Positions 1 to 8,822 of a stretch of 64,000 bases of DNA are shown piece by piece. Position numbers and translations under genes: made by a program. The notes beneath the pieces are model-generated. The model worked only from the letters and a program-made list of their open reading frames with translations. It was not told where the DNA came from and ran no database searches. Numbering within the stretch: position 1 is the stretch's first letter; each line of letters begins with the position of its first letter. The DNA lies in assembly GCA_030649205.1 (NCBI GenBank), contig JAUSGE010000014.1, positions 28,717-92,716 of the forward strand, in the 5' to 3' direction. The DNA comes from a bacterium (lineage in GTDB: Bacteria > Patescibacteriota > Patescibacteriia > Patescibacteriales > GWC2-42-12).

Positions 1-37
1 CAGGGAAAAATTAAAATTCGCTTCGGCTAATTTTCCT

Positions 38-622
38 TTGGACATAAAAACCAAAATGTATCTGGGGCAATTGATTTTAAATAATTTAGAGGATATAAAA
101 GGGCTGGATGAAGCTGAACTGTTGTTTAAAGAATCAATCAGGCTAAGTCCGACCAGGGTAGAACCGTATTATCTGCTTTATAATTTATACTCCAAAGAAA
201 ACAAGAAGCAAGAAGCGCGCGCCGTACTGCTTGATTTGGAGAATAAACTGCCTTGGTACGGCAGTGTTAAAATTATGCTGATGAACGATTTTGCCAAAGA
301 TGATCCTAAGAAAGCGGAGGAATTTTATCGGCAGGCGGTGAGCCAAAAAGGCTATAGTGATTTCGGCGGCTTAACAAAAATAATCAGCTACTTATTGGCG
401 CAGAAAAGGTACGCTGAAACCGCGCCTTACTACGAGCTGCTGTTTGGCTCTGAACCCAATAGATACGATTACCGGCTGGATCTGGCCCAGGTTTATTATT
501 TGACCGGGCAAATTGACAAAGCGGTTGAGCAGGTTAATCTGATTAATGAGCGGTCGCCGGAGACGCTAAAAGGCTACGAGAAATTTGTTAATATGGTGCT
601 GGCGGCGTATAATAAAAAGTAA
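38..622 (+). CDS. TPR-repeat protein, probably a 5'-partial C-terminal TPR region of a larger protein (frame is open to the window start); alternative standalone start ATG at 56
   Basis: ORF is open from nt 2 in the same frame. TPR-like helical repeats (YYLLYNLY, AEEFYRQAV, LAQVYYLTGQ). The next gene also ends in TPR repeats. Confidence 0.5.
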   Translation: MDIKTKMYLGQLILNNLEDIKGLDEAELLFKESIRLSPTRVEPYYLLYNLYSKENKKQEARAVLLDLENKLPWYGSVKIMLMNDFAKDDPKKAEEFYRQAVSQKGYSDFGGLTKIISYLLAQKRYAETAPYYELLFGSEPNRYDYRLDLAQVYYLTGQIDKAVEQVNLINERSPETLKGYEKFVNMVLAAYNKK

Positions 623-740
623 TATATTTTTCTACCCGGCTTTAGCCGGCCGTTAATCCAAATTATTTTAACTCCGGCTTCACCCCGTTAAATCCCTTCG
701 GGACGCAAAGCGTATTTAACGGGGTAAAGCCGGGCAGAAG

Positions 741-2978
741 ATGAAAAATATGTCTCTAAAAACTTATCTTATAATTTTAAAAACCGGAATTTATTTAAGT
801 TTTGTTTCGGTTTTTCTGGTGTTCAATAATCTGCTGTTTCCTTTTATCACCTCCAAGCAGCTGTTCTTCAATATATTGATGGAAATTTTAATGGTTTTTT
901 GGCTGGCGCTGATTATAAAATATCCCGAGGCGCGCCCCAAGAAGTCGTTTATTACATGGGGCTTGGCGTTTTTTTTCAGCGCGCTGTTGGTTTCTTCCCT
1001 GTTCGGGGTTGATTTTAACATGAGCTTTTGGGGCAATATTGAGAGAATGCTGGGCTGGTTCCATATTATCCATTTCTTTTTGTTCTATTTGATAATTATC
1101 ACGGTTTTCAGAGAGTGGCGGGATTGGCGCAACCTGCTGATAGTTTCGGTCGCCGCCGCCGCCTTGGTCTGCCTGTATGGCCTGTTAAAAATTCCTTACT
1201 CAACTATCGGCAACACGGCCTACGTTTCCGGCTACGCGATTTTTAATATTTACTTCGCTTTGATTTTATTTTTCCGCGATCGGGAAAAAAACGAGCCGGG
1301 CAGCTGGCTGGCCGGAGCGCTTTATCTGGCCGCCGCTTTTATCATGCTATTGGTGATGCGCGTTACTCATACTCGCGGCGCTTACGTCGGACTGGGAGCA
1401 AGTTTCGCGCTATTTTTAATCATGCGCGCCGGCTACAGCCCGAACCGCAAAGTTAAAATTTACAGTTTCGCCGGTTTAGCCGCGATTGTCACGCTGGTAG
1501 TTTTGGCATTTTCATTTCCGCAAAGCGCATTGGTGAGAAATAGTTCCGTCTTAGGCACAATAACGCAGGTTTCGTCCAGCGCGACAACTTTCCAGACCAG
1601 GCTGATTTCCTGGAAGGCGGCCTTAAAAGATTTTCCCAATCATCCGGTCTTGGGCACTGGCTACGGCAATTACGCCATAACTTTTGACAAATATTTTGAT
1701 CCAAAGTTTTACATCTATACTCCGACCGAAACTTATTTTGACCGGGCGCATAATAATCTGGTTGACATTATTTCAACCACCGGTTTGGCCGGCTTGCTGT
1801 CTTATCTTTCAATTCTGGGCGCGGCCGGCTATTATCTGGCCAAAGGCAAAAGGCAGAATAAGATTTCCGGCGTGGAATTTATTTTATTGATCAGCTTGTT
1901 CGCGGCTTATTTTATCCAGAATTTGGCAGTGTTTGATTCGCTGATTACTTATATTTCCTTGATGCTGGCCTTGGCTTATATCTATTGGCTGGCCAATCGG
2001 GAGCCGGAGGCGGCCCAGGAAGAAGCTGGCGCGAATCGCGCTTTGAATAATAAAGAATTAGGCGCGCTGGTTTTTGGCGGTTTGGTTTTATTTTCCATCG
2101 CTTACCAATATAACATCAGGCCGTGGCTGATGCTGGATGGTACGATTAAAGGGCAAATTGAGTTTGCCAAGGGCGATATTGCCGCGGCCGTGAAACAGTA
2201 TAAAAAAACTTTCGCCACTGGCACGGTTTTGGACCGGGACAGCCGCAAGAGCATGATTAATTCATTAAACGGCCAACAGGACAGCCTGTTTAAACTTGAC
2301 CGCGCCCAAGCCGCTGAAATCGCGGATTATGCCATCAGCCTGGCCGAGGCCAATGTCAAATATAACCCCCTGGACAGCATGATGCAGATGCAGCTGGCGC
2401 AAATTTTAAATACCGCTTCGCTGATTAATCAAAATAATTCCAGCAAGTTCTATTTTTATTCCGACCGCGCTTTAAAAGCGATTGACGCGTCCATTAAGGC
2501 CAGCCCGGGCCGAACCACGATTTATTTCACCAAAGCGCAAATTTATCTGATGCGCAATGATAAGGCCAAAGCGCTGGAGACTTTAAAATACGCGGTGAGC
2601 TTAAACGAGCAATACGCTGAAGCCTCATGCTTTTTAGCTAAAGCCGGACTTTATTTAAAGGAAGAAGCCACGGGTTTTGAGGCCATGGGTAAATGCCTTG
2701 ATTTAGGCGGCCGGTCTTATTTAGGCCCCGCGGAGCTCGTAAAAATCGCTTTAAACCATTATCTGGCCAAGAATGATCAGCCGCGAATTTTAGCTTTATA
2801 CCAGCGATGGGTCGAATTGGAGCCCGGCAACGCGAAAATATGGGTAAATTTATCCTTGCTCTATGGACAACAGGGCGATAAAGATAAGGCGGTTGAAGCC
2901 GCGCGAAAAGCCGCCGACTTGGATCCGTCGTTAAAATCAGCGGCCGAGGAGTTTATTAAGAAGCAGCTGGCGAAGTGA
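741..2978 (+). CDS. O-antigen ligase/polymerase-like (Wzy_C) polytopic membrane domain fused to C-terminal TPR repeats
   Basis: N-terminal ~420 aa has more than 10 hydrophobic helices with a Wzy_C-like loop (THTRGAYVGLGASFALFL). C-terminal ~300 aa is TPR-like (AKALETLKYAVSLNEQYAEA, NAKIWVNLSLLYGQQGDKDKAVEAARKAADLDP). Confidence 0.7.
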   Translation: MKNMSLKTYLIILKTGIYLSFVSVFLVFNNLLFPFITSKQLFFNILMEILMVFWLALIIKYPEARPKKSFITWGLAFFFSALLVSSLFGVDFNMSFWGNIERMLGWFHIIHFFLFYLIIITVFREWRDWRNLLIVSVAAAALVCLYGLLKIPYSTIGNTAYVSGYAIFNIYFALILFFRDREKNEPGSWLAGALYLAAAFIMLLVMRVTHTRGAYVGLGASFALFLIMRAGYSPNRKVKIYSFAGLAAIVTLVVLAFSFPQSALVRNSSVLGTITQVSSSATTFQTRLISWKAALKDFPNHPVLGTGYGNYAITFDKYFDPKFYIYTPTETYFDRAHNNLVDIISTTGLAGLLSYLSILGAAGYYLAKGKRQNKISGVEFILLISLFAAYFIQNLAVFDSLITYISLMLALAYIYWLANREPEAAQEEAGANRALNNKELGALVFGGLVLFSIAYQYNIRPWLMLDGTIKGQIEFAKGDIAAAVKQYKKTFATGTVLDRDSRKSMINSLNGQQDSLFKLDRAQAAEIADYAISLAEANVKYNPLDSMMQMQLAQILNTASLINQNNSSKFYFYSDRALKAIDASIKASPGRTTIYFTKAQIYLMRNDKAKALETLKYAVSLNEQYAEASCFLAKAGLYLKEEATGFEAMGKCLDLGGRSYLGPAELVKIALNHYLAKNDQPRILALYQRWVELEPGNAKIWVNLSLLYGQQGDKDKAVEAARKAADLDPSLKSAAEEFIKKQLAK

Positions 2979-2984
2979 GGCCGG

Positions 2985-4178
2985 CTACCGGCAATAAACC
3001 TTTTTGGTTTTTTCAATCATTTTTTCCAGGCCGAACTCCGCGGCGGCTTGGGTTTTAGCGTGCCGACCCAGTTTTTGGGCCAGCGTTTTATTATTTAAAA
3101 GCGTTTTGATTTTTTCCGCCAAATCTTCGGGATCGGCCGGCTTAACCAAGAGACCGGTTTGGCCGTTTTTAATCATTTCCGGAAGGCCGCCGACGGCTGT
3201 GGAAACAATCGGCAGACCGGCAGACATGGCTTCCAGGATGGAGTAAGGCAAGCCTTCTTTAACTGATGAGCAAACATAGATGTCCAGGGCCGGCAGCAAT
3301 TTGGCCGCCTGATTAATTGAGCCGGTTAAAATGAAATTATTTTGCAAATCATAGTTGGCGATTAGATATTCCAGACGGACTCGCTCCGAACCGTCGCCAA
3401 TAATAATAAATGTAATTGGCAATTGGCAATTGGCAATAATTTTATAAGCCGCTTCTATAAAATACTCAAAGCCTTTGGTTTTATAAAGATGGCCGATAGA
3501 GCCGATAAGTAAATTTCCAATTTTTCTGGCTTCGCCAGATCTGGCAAAGCCAGACAATTTCCAATTTCCAATTTTGGAAAGAATTATTTTTTTTGCCTCT
3601 TCTCTGCCGTAAAGATTTGTGGACGCCAGGCCGTTCTGGATAGTAACTAATTTTTCCGCCGGTGCGATGTTGTGTTTTAGGGCGGATTGCCGGTCAAATT
3701 CGGAGACGCAGATGATTTTGTCTTTAAAGCGGGCGGTGAATTTCTCCGCCTGCTTATAAAATAATTTCATGAACCAGGGCAAAGGCTCATTAAAGACCCA
3801 GCCGTGAACAGTGTAAAAAATTTTTGATTTTTGATTTTTGATTTTGGATTTGGCGAATAATGCCGCAATTGAGCCTAAGATGGAAATTTTAGAGCTGTTT
3901 AAATGGATAACGTCAGGTTGATAGTTTTTGATTAATTTTATGATTTCCATTAAAGCCAGAATGTCGTTAAACGGAGAAATATTGCGTTTAAGATGAGGGA
4001 TGATAAAATATTTTAGGTGATTTTTTTGTAAAATTTTAGCTAATTTTACATTATTTTTTCCCTCGCCCATGGCTATGGCAACCTGATATTCTGTTTTTAA
4101 ATTGTTAGCCAAATCAAAAACATAGCGCTGGGCGCCGCCGAATTCTGATTGAGTGATTAAGTAAAGAATCTTTCGCAT
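2985..4178 (-). CDS. glycosyltransferase family 4 (GT-B, retaining)
   Basis: C-terminal E-x7-E region (KEGLPYSILEAMSAGLPIVSTAVGGLPEMIKNGQTGLL). N-terminal GT4 acceptor-domain pattern (FGGAQRYVFDLANNL). Confidence 0.8.
   Translation of the reverse strand: MRKILYLITQSEFGGAQRYVFDLANNLKTEYQVAIAMGEGKNNVKLAKILQKNHLKYFIIPHLKRNISPFNDILALMEIIKLIKNYQPDVIHLNSSKISILGSIAALFAKSKIKNQKSKIFYTVHGWVFNEPLPWFMKLFYKQAEKFTARFKDKIICVSEFDRQSALKHNIAPAEKLVTIQNGLASTNLYGREEAKKIILSKIGNWKLSGFARSGEARKIGNLLIGSIGHLYKTKGFEYFIEAAYKIIANCQLPITFIIIGDGSERVRLEYLIANYDLQNNFILTGSINQAAKLLPALDIYVCSSVKEGLPYSILEAMSAGLPIVSTAVGGLPEMIKNGQTGLLVKPADPEDLAEKIKTLLNNKTLAQKLGRHAKTQAAAEFGLEKMIEKTKKVYCR
3414..3437. repeat. heptanucleotide tandem repeat (AATTGGC)x3 plus partial, inside the GT4 CDS
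   Basis: aattggcaattggcaattggcaat read directly; 21 nt, frame-preserving. Confidence 0.9.
3556..3576. repeat. heptanucleotide tandem repeat (AATTTCC)x2 plus degenerate copy, inside the GT4 CDS
   Basis: aatttccaatttccaattttgg; a similar aatttccaattttt occurs at 3511-3527. Confidence 0.8.
3821..3848. repeat. heptanucleotide tandem repeat (TTTTTGA)x3 plus degenerate TTTTGGA, inside the GT4 CDS
   Basis: tttttgatttttgatttttgattttgga; encodes KSKIKNQKSKI on the minus strand. Confidence 0.9.
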
Positions 4179-4243
4179 AACTGATATTGACTTAAATCAT
4201 ATTTTATTTAATAATAACTAATATAAAAAGATAAAGCAAATTG

Positions 4244-4324
4244 CTCCCACAAATCAACAAATCCGCTACAAATAATACAAATATTATTCGTGATATTCGT
4301 TGCAGATTTGTAGATTTGTGGGAG
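4244..4324. promoter_or_regulatory. imperfect ~22 bp inverted repeat in a divergent intergenic region (candidate operator / divergent promoter)
   Basis: ctcccacaaatcaacaaatcc (4244-4264) versus cagatttgtagatttgtgggag (4303-4324), 20/22 complementary. ACAAATC x2 and AGATTTGT x2 half-sites, AT-rich spacer. Lies between the minus-strand GT4 start (4178) and the plus-strand ugd start (4360). Confidence 0.45.
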
Positions 4325-4359
4325 ATTAAGGTTTTATTTGGTTTAAAGTTTATTTTCTT

Positions 4360-5754
4360 ATGAAAATACTCTATATCGGCGGAGGCTATGTTGGAGCTTG
4401 CTCGGCCGCGGTCAGCGCGGACAGCGGGCATGAAGTATTGGTTTATGACGTTAACTCCGAACTGGTAAAAAACTTTTCCTCCGGCGATAAGGATAAAATA
4501 GAAGCCTGTCTGTTTGAAAAAGGCTTGGGCGATTTGATTATCAGAAATCAAGCGCGCCTTAAATTTACCGATAGTTTAGCCGCGGCGGAAACGTTTGTCA
4601 GCGAGGCCGGGGCGGTTTTCATGTGTCTGCCCACGCCCGAGCGCGACGGTACGGGCGAAACCAACCTGGAAATTTATGAAGCGGCCGCCAAGACATTGGC
4701 TCAAGTGCTGGCTAAGCGAAATAACGGGGCGCAAAATCAGTATGTTCTGTTAGTTAATAAAAGCACGGTGCCGATTGATATGGTGAACCGCACCAAAGAA
4801 ATTATGCTGGCCGGCGGCGTGAAAAATTTTGGCGTGGGCTCAAATCCGGAATTTTTGGTTGAAGGCAAGGCGATTGAAGGCTCAATCAGGCCGCCGCGCG
4901 TGGTGGTCGGAGCCGAGAGCGAAAAAGATTTCGCGATTTTCAGAGATATTTACTCCCGTTTCGCCGAATCTTCCGGCATCGGCTACTTTGAAGTAAGTCC
5001 GGCCGAAGCCGAAGCGAGCAAGCTCTTAGCTAATTACATGCTGTTCAGCCGCTTGGCCAATTGCTTTGACGTGGCCGGGCGGGTGTGCGAAAAGTTTCCG
5101 GGCTTGCGGTTTGAAAACGTCAGAAAAATTTTAATCGCGGACAGCCGCATCGGCGACTGGGGATTTTACGACAGCCTGTTTGCCGGCGGCAGCTGCTTTA
5201 TCAAAGACGCGCGCTCACTGGCGCATCAGCTTAAAGCCAAAGGCGCGGCCGCGGATTTAGTGGATAATATTTTGGCGGCCAATCAGCGCCAGCTGGATAA
5301 TTTTTTAGGCCGGGCCGAAGCCGAATTGAATTTTAACTGGGCCGGAAAAACCGCCGCCCTGCTGGGGCTGGCTTTTAAGCAGGATACCAACGACATTCGC
5401 AATTCCGCGTCTTTGCAAGCGGCGGAATTTTTACTAGGCAAGGGAGTGGCGCAAATCAGAGCGTATGATCCGGCGGCCGGCGCGAATTTTTTAAAATATT
5501 TTTCCAAGAGTGAAGACAGCGGAAAGATCAGCTTGGCCGGCTCGGAAAGCCTGGCCCTGGCCGGCGCCGACGCGTTAATCATTGCCACGGACTGGCCGCA
5601 ATTCAGGGGGCTAACCGGTTTGATTATGGAAGAATTGCCCAAAGGAGCGCTGATCATGGATGGCCGCCGCATGCTGGCGCAAAGCTATGGCGAGCTGGCG
5701 AATGCCGGCTATGATATTATCGCGGTGGGATCGCCGGTGATTAGAAAGGGTTGA
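4360..5754 (+). CDS. UDP-glucose/GDP-mannose dehydrogenase family (probable UDP-glucose 6-dehydrogenase)
   Basis: N-terminal Rossmann motif MKILYIGGGYVGACSA. Catalytic GGSCFIKD motif. Full three-domain length (464 aa). Confidence 0.85.
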   Translation: MKILYIGGGYVGACSAAVSADSGHEVLVYDVNSELVKNFSSGDKDKIEACLFEKGLGDLIIRNQARLKFTDSLAAAETFVSEAGAVFMCLPTPERDGTGETNLEIYEAAAKTLAQVLAKRNNGAQNQYVLLVNKSTVPIDMVNRTKEIMLAGGVKNFGVGSNPEFLVEGKAIEGSIRPPRVVVGAESEKDFAIFRDIYSRFAESSGIGYFEVSPAEAEASKLLANYMLFSRLANCFDVAGRVCEKFPGLRFENVRKILIADSRIGDWGFYDSLFAGGSCFIKDARSLAHQLKAKGAAADLVDNILAANQRQLDNFLGRAEAELNFNWAGKTAALLGLAFKQDTNDIRNSASLQAAEFLLGKGVAQIRAYDPAAGANFLKYFSKSEDSGKISLAGSESLALAGADALIIATDWPQFRGLTGLIMEELPKGALIMDGRRMLAQSYGELANAGYDIIAVGSPVIRKG

Positions 5755-5755
5755 G

Positions 5756-5903
5756 GCCTGACCTAAAGAAATTATTTTTCCCGCTTAGATAAAATCTGTG
5801 TATTTTTTACAAAAAATTACTACGATTTTACCACCGTTTAGTTGTTTCGGCGCCGAGGCATGCACCGAGGAGCCGCGATAAAAATAATTTCTTTAGGTCA
5901 GGC
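5756..5903. repeat. perfect 24 bp inverted repeat flanking ~100 bp (long stem structure or MITE-like element)
   Basis: gcctgacctaaagaaattattttt (5756-5779) is the exact reverse complement of aaaaataatttctttaggtcaggc (5880-5903). Confidence 0.8.
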
Positions 5904-5952
5904 GCATAACATGGATTAACTCCTGAATTTTACGAGCAGACATATGATTTTT

Positions 5953-6024
5953 AGGCTGAATTTGCCGTTAAGAAAATGGCATGTTTAAGCGGAGCGAGTT
6001 TGCCATTTTTAGGCAAATTCAGCC
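5953..6024 (+). promoter_or_regulatory. long imperfect hairpin (~24 bp stem with one bulge, ~19 nt loop) in the 5' leader of the short UGDH-like gene
   Basis: aggctgaatttgcc...aaaatggca (left arm) pairs with tgccatttt...ggcaaattcagcc (right arm). Sits 68 nt upstream of the ATG at 6092. Confidence 0.6.
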
Positions 6025-6091
6025 GTGCCGCAGGCAAAAATCATCCTGGATGCGAGTAAATATTCAGGAATCAATCCGCAATCAAAACATT

Positions 6092-6946
6092 ATGACTATC
6101 GGTTTTATCGGCCAGGGCTGGATCGGAAAAAATTACGCTGATGATTTTGAGCAGCGCGGTTTCACTGTGACGCGCTATAGTTTGGAGGCGGAGTATAGCG
6201 GCAACAAAGATAAAATTAAAGATTGCGATATTGTATTTATCGCCGTGCCTACGCCGACCACGCCGTCCGGCTATGATGCCAGTATTGTTAAATCAGCGGT
6301 CAAGCTGGTTGGCCGAGGCAAGATCGCGGTTATAAAATCAACCATGCTTCCGGGAGCGACCGAAGAAATTCAGGCGGAAAATCCGGAGATTATCATTCTG
6401 CACTCGCCTGAATTTTTGACCCGTTCCACAGCCGATCATGACGTAAAACGGCCGCCGCGAAACATTATCGGACTGCCCAAAGATAACGACGGATACCGGA
6501 AAGCCGCGCGATTGGTTTTGAACTTAATACCTCAAGCGCCATTCAACCTGATCTGCGCCGCCAAAGAAGCGGAGATGATAAAATATGTCAGGAACTGCCA
6601 GGGCTATTTCAGGGTAATTTTCGCTAATTTGGCCTATGATTTGGCCGCGGCCATCGGCGCCGACTGGCAAAAAATTGAATCAGCCATGGCGGCCGACCCG
6701 ATTAACGGCGGTTATTATTTTAAGCCGGTCCACGACCGCGGACGGGGCGCCGGCGGCCCGTGCTACATTAAAGATTTCGCGGCTTTTGCCAGGCTATACC
6801 AAGAAAAAACCGGCGATGAAGCGGGCGGCAAAGTTTTAGCCAGCCTGGAACATAAAAATATTGAATTATTGGCGCAAAGCGGTAAAGATTCTGATTTGCT
6901 TAAAGGCGTTTATGGGGAAGGCGCGGTTAACAAAATAATTACATAA
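6092..6946 (+). CDS. short UDP-glucose/GDP-mannose dehydrogenase-family protein (~284 aa; N-terminal NAD domain plus catalytic Cys, no C-terminal UDP-binding domain)
   Basis: Start chosen at MTIGFIGQGWIGKNYA (Rossmann GxGxxG) rather than the ORF-track start at 5981, which would run through the hairpin. A GGPCYIKD motif parallels the GGSCFIKD of the upstream paralog. Confidence 0.6.
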   Translation: MTIGFIGQGWIGKNYADDFEQRGFTVTRYSLEAEYSGNKDKIKDCDIVFIAVPTPTTPSGYDASIVKSAVKLVGRGKIAVIKSTMLPGATEEIQAENPEIIILHSPEFLTRSTADHDVKRPPRNIIGLPKDNDGYRKAARLVLNLIPQAPFNLICAAKEAEMIKYVRNCQGYFRVIFANLAYDLAAAIGADWQKIESAMAADPINGGYYFKPVHDRGRGAGGPCYIKDFAAFARLYQEKTGDEAGGKVLASLEHKNIELLAQSGKDSDLLKGVYGEGAVNKIIT

Positions 6947-6947
6947 T

Positions 6948-7874
6948 ATGCCAAAATGCTTAGTCACCGGCGGCGCCGGTTTCATCGGATCTAATTTGAC
7001 TGACGAGCTGATTAAACTCGGGCATAAGGTAAGCGTGATTGATAATTTATCCAGCGGCAAAAAAGAATATCTTAATCCGAGAGCCAAGTTTTATAAAATT
7101 GATATTTGCTCGCCGGAAATTAATAAGATTTTTCAGCGGGAAAAGTTTGATTATGTTTTTCATCTGGCCGCGCAGATTGACGTGAGAATTTCCGTGGCGC
7201 GTCCGGAATTTGACAATCAGATGAACGCCATGGGCAGTTTAAACGTCTTTAAGCAATGCGGCGGGAATAAAGTGAAAAAAATTATTTTTGTTTCTACCGG
7301 CGGCGCGCTCTACGGCGACTGCCTGAAGCCGGCCGGGGAGCAAACTTTAATCCAGCCGGTTTCGCCTTACGCCATTCATAAATACGCGGCGGAACGATAT
7401 TTGGAGTTGTGCCGGGAATTGTACGGGCTGGATTATACGGTTTTAAGGCTGGCGAATGTCTACGGTCCGAGGCAATATAAGGGCGGAGAATGCGGCATTA
7501 TCGGCGTATTTACATCCAATCTGGCCGCCGGCAAACCCAGCGTGCTTTACGGCGACGGCTCAAAAACCAGAGATTTCGTTTACGTGTCAGACGCGGTGGG
7601 CGCCTGCGTCAAGGCGATGGCGGCCGGACCGGGAGGCGTATTTAATATCGGCAATGGCCGGGAAATCAGCATGGATGAAATTATTTCAGCCATTAAAAAA
7701 ACCGCGGGCAAAAAATTTATTTTTAAAAAAGAACCGGATCGTCCGGGCGAAGTGCGAAGGAGTTCGCTTAATAGCGCCAAGGCCAAAAAAATATTAGGCT
7801 GGCGGGCGCGGGTGAAGCTGAATGACGGCATCAGCCGGACCATCGCCTGGGCGCTTAATCAGCAGTCAAAATGA
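6948..7874 (+). CDS. NAD-dependent epimerase/dehydratase (extended SDR, GalE-like)
   Basis: [11 protein letters not shown] Rossmann motif; YxxxK context (YAIHKYAAERY); 308 aa. Confidence 0.75.
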   Translation: MPKCLVTGGAGFIGSNLTDELIKLGHKVSVIDNLSSGKKEYLNPRAKFYKIDICSPEINKIFQREKFDYVFHLAAQIDVRISVARPEFDNQMNAMGSLNVFKQCGGNKVKKIIFVSTGGALYGDCLKPAGEQTLIQPVSPYAIHKYAAERYLELCRELYGLDYTVLRLANVYGPRQYKGGECGIIGVFTSNLAAGKPSVLYGDGSKTRDFVYVSDAVGACVKAMAAGPGGVFNIGNGREISMDEIISAIKKTAGKKFIFKKEPDRPGEVRRSSLNSAKAKKILGWRARVKLNDGISRTIAWALNQQSK

Positions 7875-8821
7875 AAATTCTAATCACGGGCGGCGCCGGC
7901 TTCATCGGCGCTCACGCGGCGAAAAAATTAATAGAAGAAAAAAACGAGATTGTGATTGTTGACAATCTTAATGATTATTACGACGTAAAACTTAAAAAAG
8001 ACCGGCTGAAAATATTTTTAGCCGGCCTGAAATTTAAGTTTTTTAAAGCAGACATCGCCAATTACCGGCAATTGGAAAATATTTCAGCCAAACATAAATT
8101 TGACTGCATTTTGCATTTAGCGGCGCAAGCCGGGGTTCGCTATTCATTAACTAACCCCTGGATTTATGAAAAAACAAATGTTGCCGGCACGCTTAATTTA
8201 TTGGAATTAGCCAAGATCCACAAAATAAAAAAATTTGTTTTTGCTTCTTCATCGTCGGTCTACGGCGGCAATGCCAAACTGCCGTTCAGCGAAACCGATT
8301 CGGTTGATAAGCCATTGTCGTTTTACGCCGCGACTAAAAAATCCTGCGAACTTCTGGCTTACGCTTATCATGGCTTGTACGGAATAAAAGCGTGCGGCTT
8401 GAGGTTTTTTACAGTCTACGGGCCTTGGGGCCGGCCGGATATGGCTTGTTTTAAGTTCGCGGATTTAATCAGGAAAAACCAGCCGGTTGAAATTTATAAT
8501 TTCGGCAAGATGAAGCGGGATTTTACTTACATAGACGATATTGTTGCCGGAATAGCCAGCGCCATAAAAAATAATTTTGCTTATGAAATAATAAATTTGG
8601 GCAACAGTAAGCCGGAAAAGCTGGAGCGGTTGATATTTTTGCTGGAAAAGCATTTAGGCAAGTTTAAGAAAAAATATCTGCCGATGCAGGCCGGTGACGT
8701 GGCCGCGACTTGGGCGGATATTGAAAAAGCCGGCAGGCTGTTAAATTTCAATCCGGCCGTTTCTTTGGAAGAAGGCATTAAAAAATTTATCGCTTGGTAT
8801 AAAAATTACTATAATATTTAA
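7871..8821 (+). CDS. NAD-dependent epimerase, UDP-glucuronate 4-epimerase-like
   Basis: [12 protein letters not shown]; YAATKKSCE catalytic YxxxK; [14 protein letters not shown] motif typical of the Cap1J/GlaE-type UDP-GlcA epimerase subgroup. Confidence 0.6.
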   Translation: MKILITGGAGFIGAHAAKKLIEEKNEIVIVDNLNDYYDVKLKKDRLKIFLAGLKFKFFKADIANYRQLENISAKHKFDCILHLAAQAGVRYSLTNPWIYEKTNVAGTLNLLELAKIHKIKKFVFASSSSVYGGNAKLPFSETDSVDKPLSFYAATKKSCELLAYAYHGLYGIKACGLRFFTVYGPWGRPDMACFKFADLIRKNQPVEIYNFGKMKRDFTYIDDIVAGIASAIKNNFAYEIINLGNSKPEKLERLIFLLEKHLGKFKKKYLPMQAGDVAATWADIEKAGRLLNFNPAVSLEEGIKKFIAWYKNYYNI

Positions 8822-8822
8822 T

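Noticed and set aside
791-1890. Antisense and alternative-frame ORFs (791..1036-, 888..1073-, 1489..1704-, 1684..1890+) inside the Wzy_C-TPR gene
   Set aside because: They are embedded in a long, well-supported CDS on the other frame or strand, are short and have low-complexity composition. They are typical spurious ORFs.
2969-2983. Small palindrome gccgg-cta-ccggc across the convergent stops of genes 741..2978 and 2985..4178 as a bidirectional terminator
   Set aside because: The stem is only 5 bp and there is no U-tract on either side; too weak to call.
3414-3848. Possibility that the short tandem repeats are a CRISPR array
   Set aside because: Units are 7 nt with no spacers, lie inside coding sequence, and there are no cas genes in the window.
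5283-5672. 129 aa antisense ORF inside ugd
   Set aside because: It sits opposite a conserved UGDH coding region; the Ala/Ser/Pro-rich translation is typical of the reverse strand of a GC-richer gene.
5981-6091. N-terminal 37-codon extension of ORF 5981..6946 given in the ORF track
   Set aside because: The extension runs through a long hairpin-forming inverted repeat and has no protein-like character. The Rossmann motif begins exactly at the ATG at 6092, so this is treated as 5' leader, not coding.
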